Shown in pieces: positions 9,714-19,278 of a DNA stretch of 40,986 nt. The notes under the pieces were generated by a model. That model searched no databases. It saw only the letters and a list, made by a program, of their open reading frames with translations, and had not been told where the DNA came from. Both the position numbers and the translations under genes were made by a program. Position 1 is the stretch's first letter, and every line of letters starts with the position of its first letter. Location: assembly GCA_003224515.1 (NCBI GenBank), contig QHZC01000053.1, positions 1-40,986 of the forward strand. The letters run 5' to 3'. The stretch comes from Acidobacteriota bacterium. Its GTDB lineage: Bacteria > Acidobacteriota > Terriglobia > Acidiferrales > UBA7541.

Positions 9714-11140
9714 TGGGTCTCCCCATGTGAACCGAGATCGAACTCACGGTAGGGCGTTGCCCATTCACTCAAGTCTTCGCGCTGTTCGATGTTAAGCGCA
9801 GGTACCGCTTTCGGAACGGAAACGGCTGATGCAGCTATCGTCGCCAAGAGAAAGAAAATCCATACCGGGTGCATGATCCTAACAGCAGATTCGGTGAAGT
9901 TGTAGACCAACCCTGCGAAGAAATATCCCAACCAGAGCCCGCCTTCCTCCGGATTCTGGCGAACCGCGCCGAAGACCTTTCGGTAGCCCGTCAGCAGAAT
10001 GAGGGCGAGCAAAACGATCCCTATCCACCCCAAGTTGATGTACACCTCGATATAGCCGTTATGAGCTTCGTTTGGGTGCCACCAGTAGAGGCTCCAGAGA
10101 TAGTTCAGTCGGGGTGGGAGCCAGAAACTTTCAAAGCCGGCACCTAAGAATGAGTTGGGGGTCATCGCGAGTACCCGATTCCATAGTTCGGTCCGGCCGG
10201 TGAGCGTTGGATCCCTCCCTATGCTCTCCAGGAGGTCACTCCCCACATCGAGAAACAACGAAACATAGGAAACGGATATCATCGCCGCTACCACGGCGTG
10301 CAAGACCCAGAGCCTTCGAGTTAATGCTTGAAAGTTTGTGGTCACAGCCAGGGTGCTTGCCATCACGAAACAACCCAGCGCGGTGGCGGTATGCGCCCTC
10401 CAGAACAGCCAAGCTACCATAGTGAGAATGATGCCGTGAGCCGTCAGAATTCTCAGTCGATGCGTTTCTTCTCGATCTCGAAGTGCCAGGCAAAAGCGCC
10501 ATACCGATCCGAGACCGAAGAGCAGGCAGATGCCTCCCAGTTCGTTTTTACTCGTTGCTACCCCCCTGACGTAAGCTGTGGCTCCTCCCCACGCGCTCCA
10601 TCCCAGCCCCAACGCGGGGTAATACTTGGCCAACAGGATGGATGCAGGTATGAGCACAAACCCTACCCGGGCCAGGAGCCTCTTGAGCGCAGCAGAAGGG
10701 TCCTCGTCTGTTAGAACAATCAGCACCATCGCTAGGTCGCCCAATGCTTTGATCCACCGTTTAAACGTCACGTCGGGGTAGTCGGCCCAGAGTATGCTTG
10801 CACCGCAGTAAAGAAGAAAGAGAACAATCGCTGGGTTCGCTGACAGGAGCCTTCCGGCCTTCCAACCTCTCCTAGCGAGCACAATCAGACTCAACGCGAC
10901 AAGAGATGAAAAGACAAGCCGCTCAAATGGGCTGCCTTTCAGCATCTCCTGGGCTGACGAGGCTTCGACGATAGTCACCCCAAACACCGCCGCTAGACTC
11001 GCCATTCGCGACGCGCCGAGTAAGAGCCACACCACGGGAATCCAGAGCGCTAAGGAAGTCCTAGACCTCCGGTCCCAATCAAGCGCGAAAAGCCCCAGGA
11101 TTCCAAGGGCGCAGACGATCGTGGCGAGATAGGAGCCCAT
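9710..11140 (-). CDS. O-antigen ligase/Wzy-type polymerase family membrane protein
   Basis: Polytopic protein with RGVATSKNELG, GRDPTLTGRTELW, GAGFESFW and EAHNGYIEVYINLGWIG. Confidence 0.9.
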   Translation of the reverse strand: MGSYLATIVCALGILGLFALDWDRRSRTSLALWIPVVWLLLGASRMASLAAVFGVTIVEASSAQEMLKGSPFERLVFSSLVALSLIVLARRGWKAGRLLSANPAIVLFLLYCGASILWADYPDVTFKRWIKALGDLAMVLIVLTDEDPSAALKRLLARVGFVLIPASILLAKYYPALGLGWSAWGGATAYVRGVATSKNELGGICLLFGLGSVWRFCLALRDREETHRLRILTAHGIILTMVAWLFWRAHTATALGCFVMASTLAVTTNFQALTRRLWVLHAVVAAMISVSYVSLFLDVGSDLLESIGRDPTLTGRTELWNRVLAMTPNSFLGAGFESFWLPPRLNYLWSLYWWHPNEAHNGYIEVYINLGWIGIVLLALILLTGYRKVFGAVRQNPEEGGLWLGYFFAGLVYNFTESAVRIMHPVWIFFLLATIAASAVSVPKAVPALNIEQREDLSEWATPYREFDLGSHGETH

Positions 11141-11900
11141 TTACCCACGCCTCGCAAGTCTTTCTCGTGGACTCACGGCTACACAACCCCTGCGAGAAGG
11201 CATGGGTGTGCCGTCAGTATGACGGTAGTGCCACCTACGTAGGAGGCCAAGCAGCTGCACCCGCAGTTGATACCTGGCGGACTCGAGGTGACTGTGCCGG
11301 AGGCCAGGAGGTCCGACGTCTTGCTGACCGGCAGCACGAACATCTGCAAGTTGAAGCTGGCGGTGATAGATTTCGCCGCATCCATCGTCGCGGTACAAGT
11401 TGCGCCGGAAGCTGCGTCGCATCCGCCCCAGTCAGCAAACTCGGATCCCGTCGCGGCTTGCGCCGTTAGGGTCACTACCGTGCCCTTCGAGTACGGGGCC
11501 GTGCACCTACTGTTCGCAATTGATGCCTGGCGGACTCGAGGTGACTGTGCCGCTGCTATTACCTGTCTCGCTTACCTTGAGGGTCACCCGCGTCTTCGTT
11601 TCGTTTAACTTCGATAGAGGTATTATTAATTAGGATACTAACGTTATTGGAAATAGGGCCGACGAGAGCTGAATCTGGCAGGCCATCTCCGTTGAAATCC
11701 CCCACGGCGAGGGACCGCGGGAGATTGCCAGCGCCGAAGAAGATCACTGCGGGCCCGAACGTCCCGTCGCCATTACCCTGCAAGACTGAAACATCGTCGC
11801 CCGCGACCGTGGCTAGATCCAACTTGCCATCGCCGTTGAAGTCTCCAACCCCTAAGAAACTAAAGCCGTTGATGCCCTCACCCGAGTTCTGCGCGGCCTG

Positions 11901-12073
11901 GAACGTTCCATCGCCGTTGCCTAGCATCACGAAGACATTGCCGAAACGGTAGTCAAAGACTGCCAAGTCCAGTTGGCCATCGCCGTTGAAATCACCGACT
12001 GCTCGGATACTGGGGAGCGAGTCGGTCGAGTAGCTGACTGCAGAGGTCCGCGTAGAGAAGGTCCCATCTGCGT
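11901..12073. repeat. 173-bp direct repeat, copy 1 (identical to 12508-12680)
   Basis: Base-by-base comparison from GAACGTTCCATCGCC to CCCATCTGCGT shows identity at both sites. Confidence 0.95.
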
Positions 12074-12507
12074 CTTCCTGGATTGCAGGAAGGCGTGCAA
12101 CTCCCTGTGGTAGTGATTGCCAAGTCTAGTTTGCCATCGCTGTTGAAATCTCCCGTAGCCACAGATAGAGGAGAGTAATCAGTCGCGTAGACCGGCGTAT
12201 CCGCGAACGTTCCATCACCGTTGCCCAATAGCACGGATACCATGCCGGACAAAGAATCTTCAGTCACGATATCCAGCTTGGCATCTCCATCAAAGTCGCC
12301 CACGGCCATGGGAGAAGAAAAGCTGCCGACAATATAGTAATTCGTAGCTGCCTGGAAGGTCCCATCACCATTACCTAACATGACGGCGACACCGCAAGCA
12401 TCACAATCTCCCGTCAAGGCAAGGTCCAGCTTGCCATCACCATTGAAGTCGACCGCAGCGGCGGGTGCAAAGTATTGGCCCACAAGCGTGCTGACCAGCG
12501 TCCGGTA

Positions 12508-12680
12508 GAACGTTCCATCGCCGTTGCCTAGCATCACGAAGACATTGCCGAAACGGTAGTCAAAGACTGCCAAGTCCAGTTGGCCATCGCCGTTGAAATC
12601 ACCGACTGCTCGGATACTGGGGAGCGAGTCGGTCGAGTAGCTGACTGCAGAGGTCCGCGTAGAGAAGGTCCCATCTGCGT
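12508..12680. repeat. 173-bp direct repeat, copy 2 (identical to 11901-12073)
   Basis: Same sequence as copy 1, offset by 607 bp. Confidence 0.95.
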
Positions 12681-13055
12681 TACCCAGGAATGCTTGAACA
12701 ACAGTTGGTGTACCTGAGTCCGTGACTGCTAAGTCCATCCTGCCGTCGCCATTGAAGTCGCCCACGGGTACTCCTAAGACGGACAAGTGGCCGCTGCCGG
12801 CAACGAGATCCTGAGCCGGCTGAAATGTTCCATCGCCGTTGCCCAGGAGCACCTGAACACTGGCGCCGCTGGTGAGTTCGTTTCCACGATTAACCACTGT
12901 CAGTCCGGTTTGCCATCGCCATTGAAGTCCCCTACGGCCACAAAATACAAAATAAGGATACTGGCCCGTGCTTTTTGTTTTCAATGACTCAGCGGTTTCT
13001 GGCTCCGCCTGTGCCACTTGTGCCACTGATCCGAGGCGATAGGTTCACGGAAGGT

Positions 13056-14936
13056 TCAGCTATTTTGTAGTGCACGCTCAGCTGCTACCCAGGGCATTGT
13101 CGCAGGAAATGCTGAGTGATCGGGATCGAGGAAAAGGCGCTGGGTGAGTTCCAACGTGAGGAGTTGGTGGATCTCGTTTGTGAAGTTCCGGTCTCCTTTG
13201 AGATGAGCCCGCACTATGGCTTCCACTTTGTTAGGTTCGAGATAAGGCCGGGAAAGCGTTCGCGGGTCTAAGAGAATTTCCTGAACGTAGCCAGAGAGTT
13301 GATCTCGGTACCAGATCCGGAAATGGGAGAACTTGTGCCAGCCAAGAAAGGGTCGTTCAAGATGGAACGGGGAAAACAGATGATCGATACGTGCCAACCA
13401 CTGAGGCATACCGGAATCGTAGGCATATTCCGCTTTGAAAGTGAACCGAAAGAAACGTCGCGATGCTGCCGCAACGAGTCTTCCCTGACTTCCGCCCAAG
13501 CCGAGGTCTGTCGCAATCTTCCCGAGATCTACATCTCCGTCGGAGATCAACCGCAGGCAAACATCGTTGTTCACGAAAGCAGACTCCGGCGCGCGAAAGA
13601 CGGTCCGGACAAAGTCGTTGTCGAGATAAGGAGTCCGGATGGAGAGCTGCGTTTGTTCCAGCGCAAGGAGCCCGTAATGGTGCCATGGAGCTTGCTGAAA
13701 CACCGCAAACGATAGTGGGTGAGTTCGAAGGGAGGAGTAGGTTGTTTCGGCCTGCCGTACATGGAAGAGTAATTCGGGGCGAAACAAGCCCGGCAAAGGC
13801 TTCTTGGGCTTGAATGCGCGGGTTCGGCGTAGCACCTCCCCACCATAATTTCCTGTCATCCTCACAGGAGCGATGTCGCGAGCCCGCTCGTTGAGGTATA
13901 GATCCGCGGAGTGATTCACCGCCAGGCATCCATCGGTGAGGTACACGGCACGCTCCGCGTAGTGAGGAAAGCGCGAGAGGAACTCTTCCCCGAGCGGGAT
14001 CACGTGGTGAACCTGACCGCAAGCGCGGGCAACTTTCCGGGCCACGACTACGTCCCGACAGTCACGGAACACTCCCCCGAAAGAGTAGCAAGGCAAAGTC
14101 CCGGCAGGAGATTTCCACCACGCCATGATCATGCGAGTGTCCAGTCCCCCGGTTAAGGACATCCCAATCGGCTCCCCACCATTGAAATACCGAGGCAAGT
14201 TCCGCGAGAAGACCCTGCGGAGTTCTTCGTAGTAGGATTCAGGCTCTAACGCAGGTTGGCTCTCCCACCGCTGCGGTTCGAAGTAGCTGTCTTTTCGCAC
14301 CACCGAGCCATGCCGAAAGGCCCAGGCCGACGCAGGCGGTAAGACGTGGACATCCTTGAAGAGCGTCCGGTTCTGCAAGGTGCAGCCGCAAGTAACGAAC
14401 TCGCCTAGCCCCCGATCGTCAAGCCTGCGGAGTTCGACGCGAGCCGCGAGGATCGCCTTGGCTTCCGCGGCGAAATAAAATGCCTCCTTGGATTGGTGAT
14501 AGTAGAGCCGATGCATTCCGTAGCGGTCGTTGAAAACAGTCGTCTCTCGGCGCGTCCGGTCGACCAAGAGACCCTGAAAGCGCCCATTCAGGCCAGCCGG
14601 ATAAGAAGGGTCCTCTTCATAGAGGTGAACCAGGTAGGAAGATGGTTTGGTCTCGAGCTCATGACCCTGCTCCTTCAGACGGCGAGGCGTCCCCGCCTCG
14701 GGGTACTCCTCTCCAGAAAAGACCAAAATAACATCTCCTCGCTCATTACGGAGCGGCATTCCGTCAGCGAAGGAATTCTTCCGAACAATCCACCCTACAT
14801 ACACTCCCAGGGATTCTTCAATCCAAGTGCCGGTCTCGTAGAAGGGCTCATGGCGAAGGGCCTCGATCATGCGAAGCAGTTGCGGTTTAGCCCACTCACT
14901 GGGCATGTTGGTGATGAGACCGACGAGTCCAGGCAT
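13056..14936 (-). CDS. Asparagine synthetase B-like amidotransferase/amide synthase, lacking the N-terminal catalytic Cys
   Basis: Ntn-domain motifs LNGRF, NDRYGMHRLYY and FAAEAKAIL. PP-loop SLTGGLDTR, MTGNYGGE and RTPYLDND. Starts MPG rather than MCG. Confidence 0.88.
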   Translation of the reverse strand: MPGLVGLITNMPSEWAKPQLLRMIEALRHEPFYETGTWIEESLGVYVGWIVRKNSFADGMPLRNERGDVILVFSGEEYPEAGTPRRLKEQGHELETKPSSYLVHLYEEDPSYPAGLNGRFQGLLVDRTRRETTVFNDRYGMHRLYYHQSKEAFYFAAEAKAILAARVELRRLDDRGLGEFVTCGCTLQNRTLFKDVHVLPPASAWAFRHGSVVRKDSYFEPQRWESQPALEPESYYEELRRVFSRNLPRYFNGGEPIGMSLTGGLDTRMIMAWWKSPAGTLPCYSFGGVFRDCRDVVVARKVARACGQVHHVIPLGEEFLSRFPHYAERAVYLTDGCLAVNHSADLYLNERARDIAPVRMTGNYGGEVLRRTRAFKPKKPLPGLFRPELLFHVRQAETTYSSLRTHPLSFAVFQQAPWHHYGLLALEQTQLSIRTPYLDNDFVRTVFRAPESAFVNNDVCLRLISDGDVDLGKIATDLGLGGSQGRLVAAASRRFFRFTFKAEYAYDSGMPQWLARIDHLFSPFHLERPFLGWHKFSHFRIWYRDQLSGYVQEILLDPRTLSRPYLEPNKVEAIVRAHLKGDRNFTNEIHQLLTLELTQRLFLDPDHSAFPATMPWVAAERALQNS

Positions 14937-14945
14937 TTGTTTTCG

Positions 14946-15842
14946 CTAAGGCGCTTGCGTCGCCGACAGGAGCTTGCGGTTGTACCAGGCACTGCGAAGG
15001 TCGCGAAGCCTGCAGGCTATAGATTCCGGGAGGCGGTCTACAAGCCTGTGATGCAGACCAAGTCGGAGCGCGATCCACCCGATCGCAGTCAGAGGAACAT
15101 AGTAGCGAGGCAGATCGACGCGCTGGAAGCCATTTATTTCTTTGAAGGTTGTGAGACTGTCCCGCTTTCTGTGGGCATAAGTAAAATTCTGATAGGCGAG
15201 ATATCGAATGCCTCGTTCGGCACACAAGCGCACCGATTCTGCGATCAGCGCATTCGTCGGAGCCTTGTCCCTATGCTTAACCATCGAAACGATGTTCATC
15301 AGGTTTGCATGTATTCGGTTTTCGTCGGTTACCAGTTTCACAAAACCAATCAACTCTTGGCCCAGGAATGCCCCGATGAAGAAACTGCGGTCGAGAAATG
15401 TCGCCTCCTCCGCGCGGACGGTTTGGATATCCTTGCCATAATGGGCATTCGGCTTACCTTGACGCACAGGGCTTTCGTTGTAGACCTCCCAGATTCCCTC
15501 AACGAGCGAGTCGTCGAAAGGCACCTCACGAATGGTTATGCCTTTTTTCGCCGCCTGTCGGGCCCTATTCCGAGGGGTCGAGAGGATCTGGCGGTTCCAC
15601 CACTGGTCAAAAGTCGATACGGGCAAGACTGCCAGATTGTCCCACTCCATATAGTAGGAATATTTCGGTGAGCTTTCCGGCATGATCTGCATGAAGGTGA
15701 AAAGATCGATCCGCACATCGCTTTTAGCCAAGTGATTCAAGACGAGCTCCGGATCGCCGAGGGGCTCGTATTTATCGAGCTCGGGACCAGCAATCCGGAC
15801 CAGTCGGCCCCAAACCTTAATATTTTTGCCGCAGACTTTCAT
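14946..15842 (-). CDS. GNAT/FemAB-like acyl or aminoacyl transferase
   Basis: RNRARQAAKKGITIRE, GAFLGQELIGF, APTNALIAESVRLCAERG and LTTFKEINGF follow the FemAB-like GNAT pattern. Confidence 0.7.
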   Translation of the reverse strand: MKVCGKNIKVWGRLVRIAGPELDKYEPLGDPELVLNHLAKSDVRIDLFTFMQIMPESSPKYSYYMEWDNLAVLPVSTFDQWWNRQILSTPRNRARQAAKKGITIREVPFDDSLVEGIWEVYNESPVRQGKPNAHYGKDIQTVRAEEATFLDRSFFIGAFLGQELIGFVKLVTDENRIHANLMNIVSMVKHRDKAPTNALIAESVRLCAERGIRYLAYQNFTYAHRKRDSLTTFKEINGFQRVDLPRYYVPLTAIGWIALRLGLHHRLVDRLPESIACRLRDLRSAWYNRKLLSATQAP

Positions 15843-16002
15843 ACGCTTGCCGGTTTTGCTCGCTAGTTTTTCGACAGTACGGGGTCGAGCAAGGCACTAT
15901 AGGGCAATTGGCTTCAGTGAGCTAAGAGACGCTGGCTAGCGGGCGATACAGTTGCTCGCAAAAAAGCTAAGAGGCGACTGCAGCTAAAATCGTGTTCCTG
16001 CT

Positions 16003-17133
16003 TCAACCGGTCAAAGCAGCATCGCAGGAGATGGAGTCCTGCATGCCCAGTTGTCGACGTTTGACATCGAGTTGAACAAAGATGTCATCCATGATTGTTG
16101 CAGTGAGAAGAATCTCTCTGTATGGAATGGGCACTTCGGTGTCCTCTTTGATCGAGCGGTAGAAGGAGTCGATCAAGTACTTCATGCCGGACTTCATATG
16201 AAAGTCCATCCGAAGGAACGTACCCATGTTCGTCAGAATATTTCCGAGATACTGTTTCGCAAGTACCGCCGGGGGAATGAATTTCTCGGCGTAGCTTGTG
16301 AAGCTTTTCCCGCGAAGTTTTATGAGTGTCTCCTGATCCTGATCAAGGATAAGGGCGGTTTTCGGGCCATAGATTCGAAATTGATGGAGCGCCGGACGCA
16401 TCTGCGAAGAGAAGGTGAAATAGGCTGTACTGCCATGCTCTTCAGAAATGATGACTCTGAGCTCGTCGACGATTTCGGATTCTCCTAGGCTTTTAAGGAA
16501 CGGGCTGGTAAACCCGTACGCGATTACCTCAGGCGACTCAGTAACAAGGAACTCTGAGATTCTGGCAAGGCCGTGGGCGATGATATTCTGTGAGAGTTGT
16601 CCCGGGAGCTTGCGAACCCAGTGGTTTTTGTCGCCAAGAAGCGCTTTGACATAGACGGACTCCCCGAGTTCGTAGCAGAAATAACTCTCCATGTGGACTG
16701 GCCCACCACCGAGAAAGCCGTTCCGCACAACAGTCCGCATGCGTCGTGCTACATGGCTGAATTGTTCGTCGTGCCCTACGGTTACCTTTAGAGCTCTTTG
16801 GTTCGCGAGCGCGATGAGTTTTCTGGCCTCGCCAGCGTTCAGTGTAAAAGGCTTCTCCACATAGGCGTGGCATCCCGCTTCCAAGCACAGTTTGGCTATC
16901 TCGAAGTGACTCTGCGGCGGAGTCGTGATGTGAACGACGTCCGGCCTGGCCTCGGTCAAGAGTTCGGTCAAATCGACAAAATATCGTTTGATTGGGAATC
17001 GCTCGTATAGCTGGCGCGCCAAAAGTGGTTCCCGGTCGCACACCCCGACGATTTCGCAGTCCGGGATTCTCTGAATCTGCGATGCGTGCGAATCTGCAAT
17101 CTTTCCGCATCCGACAATCGCGACCTTGAGCAC
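16003..17133 (-). CDS. Gfo/Idh/MocA-family oxidoreductase
   Basis: KVAIVGCGKIA, DVVHITTPPQSH and YVEKP. GTG start. Confidence 0.9.
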   Translation of the reverse strand: MLKVAIVGCGKIADSHASQIQRIPDCEIVGVCDREPLLARQLYERFPIKRYFVDLTELLTEARPDVVHITTPPQSHFEIAKLCLEAGCHAYVEKPFTLNAGEARKLIALANQRALKVTVGHDEQFSHVARRMRTVVRNGFLGGGPVHMESYFCYELGESVYVKALLGDKNHWVRKLPGQLSQNIIAHGLARISEFLVTESPEVIAYGFTSPFLKSLGESEIVDELRVIISEEHGSTAYFTFSSQMRPALHQFRIYGPKTALILDQDQETLIKLRGKSFTSYAEKFIPPAVLAKQYLGNILTNMGTFLRMDFHMKSGMKYLIDSFYRSIKEDTEVPIPYREILLTATIMDDIFVQLDVKRRQLGMQDSISCDAALTG

Positions 17134-17134
17134 C

Positions 17135-18196
17135 TCACCCTCCCTTGCGGGGAGCCTCGAAATACCGCCTCAACCCCTCCGCTGTGGCTACCTTGGGGGT
17201 CCAGCCTACGCGGGTCTTCAATCTTGCGTTGCTGTAATAGGTCTTCTTCCAATAGGCGTTCCAGCGCTTTCGGTTGAACGCTGGTGGCAATTGGCCCTGC
17301 GACCAGTCCGAATACCTCTCCCAGAGGTAACATAATGCGTAACTTAGAAGGTGGGGGACGTAGAATGATTTGAATTGCCTGACGTTCTTTTTGTAGAGAC
17401 GCAAAAACTCGCGGCTGGAAGGCAGATCGTCATCCACGACATTGAAGACGTCGCCCTGGACTCCATCTTTTACACCCGCCAGTGCAATCGCTTCGGCGCA
17501 GTTTTCAACGTACGTAAACGGAATTGTATTCGAGCCGCCAAGATGTAAAAAGACACCGAAGGTGTCGATCCCCACGCGGCCAGTGAGAACCTCTTTGCCG
17601 GGCCCATAAACCTGCCCCGGCCTGACGATGACGTAGGGGATCCGAAACTTTGTACAATACTCGGTCACGATTTGCTCTTGTTTAACTTTAGCGAAACAAT
17701 AGGCTTCACCCCGCAGCTCAGGGTGGTCTTCAACCGGGCAGGACTCATCCAACATCCGTCCCTGGGGCTTCCGCGTGTTACTGTAAACCGCGAACGAACT
17801 GACGCTGACGAATCGCCGCAGCGACCGGCAAGGGAGGCAGGCTTCGAGAAGATTACGCGTCGTGACCACCGAATTCATGAATGCGTCGGGGAAGGACTTT
17901 TGCCCTGTTCCCGCAGCCAGATGAAAGATTACGGCTGCGTCTCTCGCCGCAGCGTTACAGTCTTCCGGCGCCAGAAGGTTGCCGGTGATTATTTCGACTT
18001 CTGCCTCGCAGTAGCGGCTGGCGATTTCCTCAAGTCGGGCCGTATTGCTGGAGGGCCTCGCGAAACAGCGTAACTTGCGAAACCCGCGATCCAGCAAGTT
18101 CTCCACAAGCCTCGACCCAATGAAACCGGTCGCGCCGGTGATCAAGATGAGGTCGTTCTCCCTAATAATGAAATCGTTGCGCTCGATATGTTCCAT
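17135..18196 (-). CDS. NAD-dependent epimerase/dehydratase (extended SDR)
   Basis: ITGATGFIG, FHLAA, VSSFAVY, YCFAK (YxxxK) and RPGQVYGP. Confidence 0.92.
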   Translation of the reverse strand: MEHIERNDFIIRENDLILITGATGFIGSRLVENLLDRGFRKLRCFARPSSNTARLEEIASRYCEAEVEIITGNLLAPEDCNAAARDAAVIFHLAAGTGQKSFPDAFMNSVVTTRNLLEACLPCRSLRRFVSVSSFAVYSNTRKPQGRMLDESCPVEDHPELRGEAYCFAKVKQEQIVTEYCTKFRIPYVIVRPGQVYGPGKEVLTGRVGIDTFGVFLHLGGSNTIPFTYVENCAEAIALAGVKDGVQGDVFNVVDDDLPSSREFLRLYKKNVRQFKSFYVPHLLSYALCYLWERYSDWSQGQLPPAFNRKRWNAYWKKTYYSNARLKTRVGWTPKVATAEGLRRYFEAPRKGG

Positions 18197-18205
18197 ATCT
18201 CGCTG

Positions 18206-19177
18206 CTACTCTGTAACGTACGGTCCTCTAATGGGGTTGATGCCAACGATTGCCAGGAGCCTCCCGAGATGGTTAAAAAGTTTCATCAAACACAGCATTA
18301 ATCTGCTCGGCCCCAGAACTAACGCAATGGGCAGAACGGTTACGTAAGCGGGAACGGCGAGCGCAGATTTTGCGACGTCGAGCGCCCCGAAGGTGGGATG
18401 AAGTCGGGAGACGGTCCCGCCCAGCAACGCTCTTCTCAATATGAAGGTGCGATTCCAGCGTGCCGGAGGAACGACCTCATAAGCCTCCGCTTCATTGCAC
18501 CAGATGAACGTGTGCCCCTTTTGGATGAGTCTCCTGAAAAAATCTTGATCCTCTCCGGTCCGGAACTCGGGTCTGAAAAGCTGTGCATGACCCGTGAGAA
18601 CACTTCTTTTCAGCAGGACGTTGCCGGTTCGCCCCTTCTTCCAGTCGATTACAAATCCCGTAGGATAAGTGGGACGTTCGTAGAACTTGCCCTTAACCAC
18701 CCACGCGGGCGGTTGGACTTCAAAGTATGGTTTTACAGGCCCCAGTACACCATCTGCCTTATGTTCATTCAGGGCCTTGAACAGGCTCAGCAACCAACAC
18801 TTCGTCGGGAACTCGTCGTCGTCAATAAAGGCGATGAAGTCGCCATGGGCATTTTCGATCGCTTTGTTGCGTGCCAGCGCGATATTTTGTCGGCTCTCTA
18901 CGCAATACTTCACAGGGAGGGCCGAGACGGCTGTGAATTCCGACACAACCGCCTCGGCCGACCGCAAACTGTCGTTGTCAACAATGACGAGCGAATACGT
19001 GAAGAGCTCACTTGTGATCTGGCACGAGAGCTCCTCCAACAAGCGTTTGAGGAACTGCGGCCGCTTGTAAGTGCAAATGCACACACAAATGTGCTTGTTT
19101 TCTCTTATCAAGGCGTTTGATTCCGAGTGCGTAGGATCCGAGGCATGCGGAGGAAGAAGCAGATCTGCGCGTCGCAT
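18206..19177 (-). CDS. Glycosyltransferase family 2 (ExoM-like)
   Basis: VCICTYKR, VIVDND, NIALARN, FIDDDE and GEDQDFF. Confidence 0.92.
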   Translation of the reverse strand: MRRADLLLPPHASDPTHSESNALIRENKHICVCICTYKRPQFLKRLLEELSCQITSELFTYSLVIVDNDSLRSAEAVVSEFTAVSALPVKYCVESRQNIALARNKAIENAHGDFIAFIDDDEFPTKCWLLSLFKALNEHKADGVLGPVKPYFEVQPPAWVVKGKFYERPTYPTGFVIDWKKGRTGNVLLKRSVLTGHAQLFRPEFRTGEDQDFFRRLIQKGHTFIWCNEAEAYEVVPPARWNRTFILRRALLGGTVSRLHPTFGALDVAKSALAVPAYVTVLPIALVLGPSRLMLCLMKLFNHLGRLLAIVGINPIRGPYVTE

Positions 19178-19278
19178 CTATTCAAAGCTCGCCGTCAAAT
19201 GGCGCTCATCGTCGGGGTACTCGCTCCAGTTGAAGAAGTTCCCCTAAATCGCAGGAACCGGTCTCTCAGTTTGACCGA

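Larger units (their letters stand above)
11141..13026 (-). pseudogene. FG-GAP/VCBS-repeat surface protein with two C-terminal divergent InlB B-repeat-like domains; multiply frameshifted
   Basis: Repeated VGDFNGDGKLDLA...VLLGNGDGTF units spread over several frames, and two GTVTSSPPGINC domains. Frame breaks near 12950, 12902, 12074, 11600 and 11515. No signal peptide. Confidence 0.85.

Noticed and set aside
11901-12680. Direct repeat considered as a DGR template/variable pair or CRISPR
   Set aside because: The copies are identical with no adenine-specific mismatches, there is no reverse transcriptase, and no repeat-spacer array exists.
14493-15671. 392-aa antisense ORF
   Set aside because: Lies opposite two coherent operon genes and has no recognisable domain.
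15939-15966. Hairpin followed by an A run in the intergenic gap
   Set aside because: The A run is on the wrong side to give a U-tail after the stem on either strand, so it is not called a terminator.
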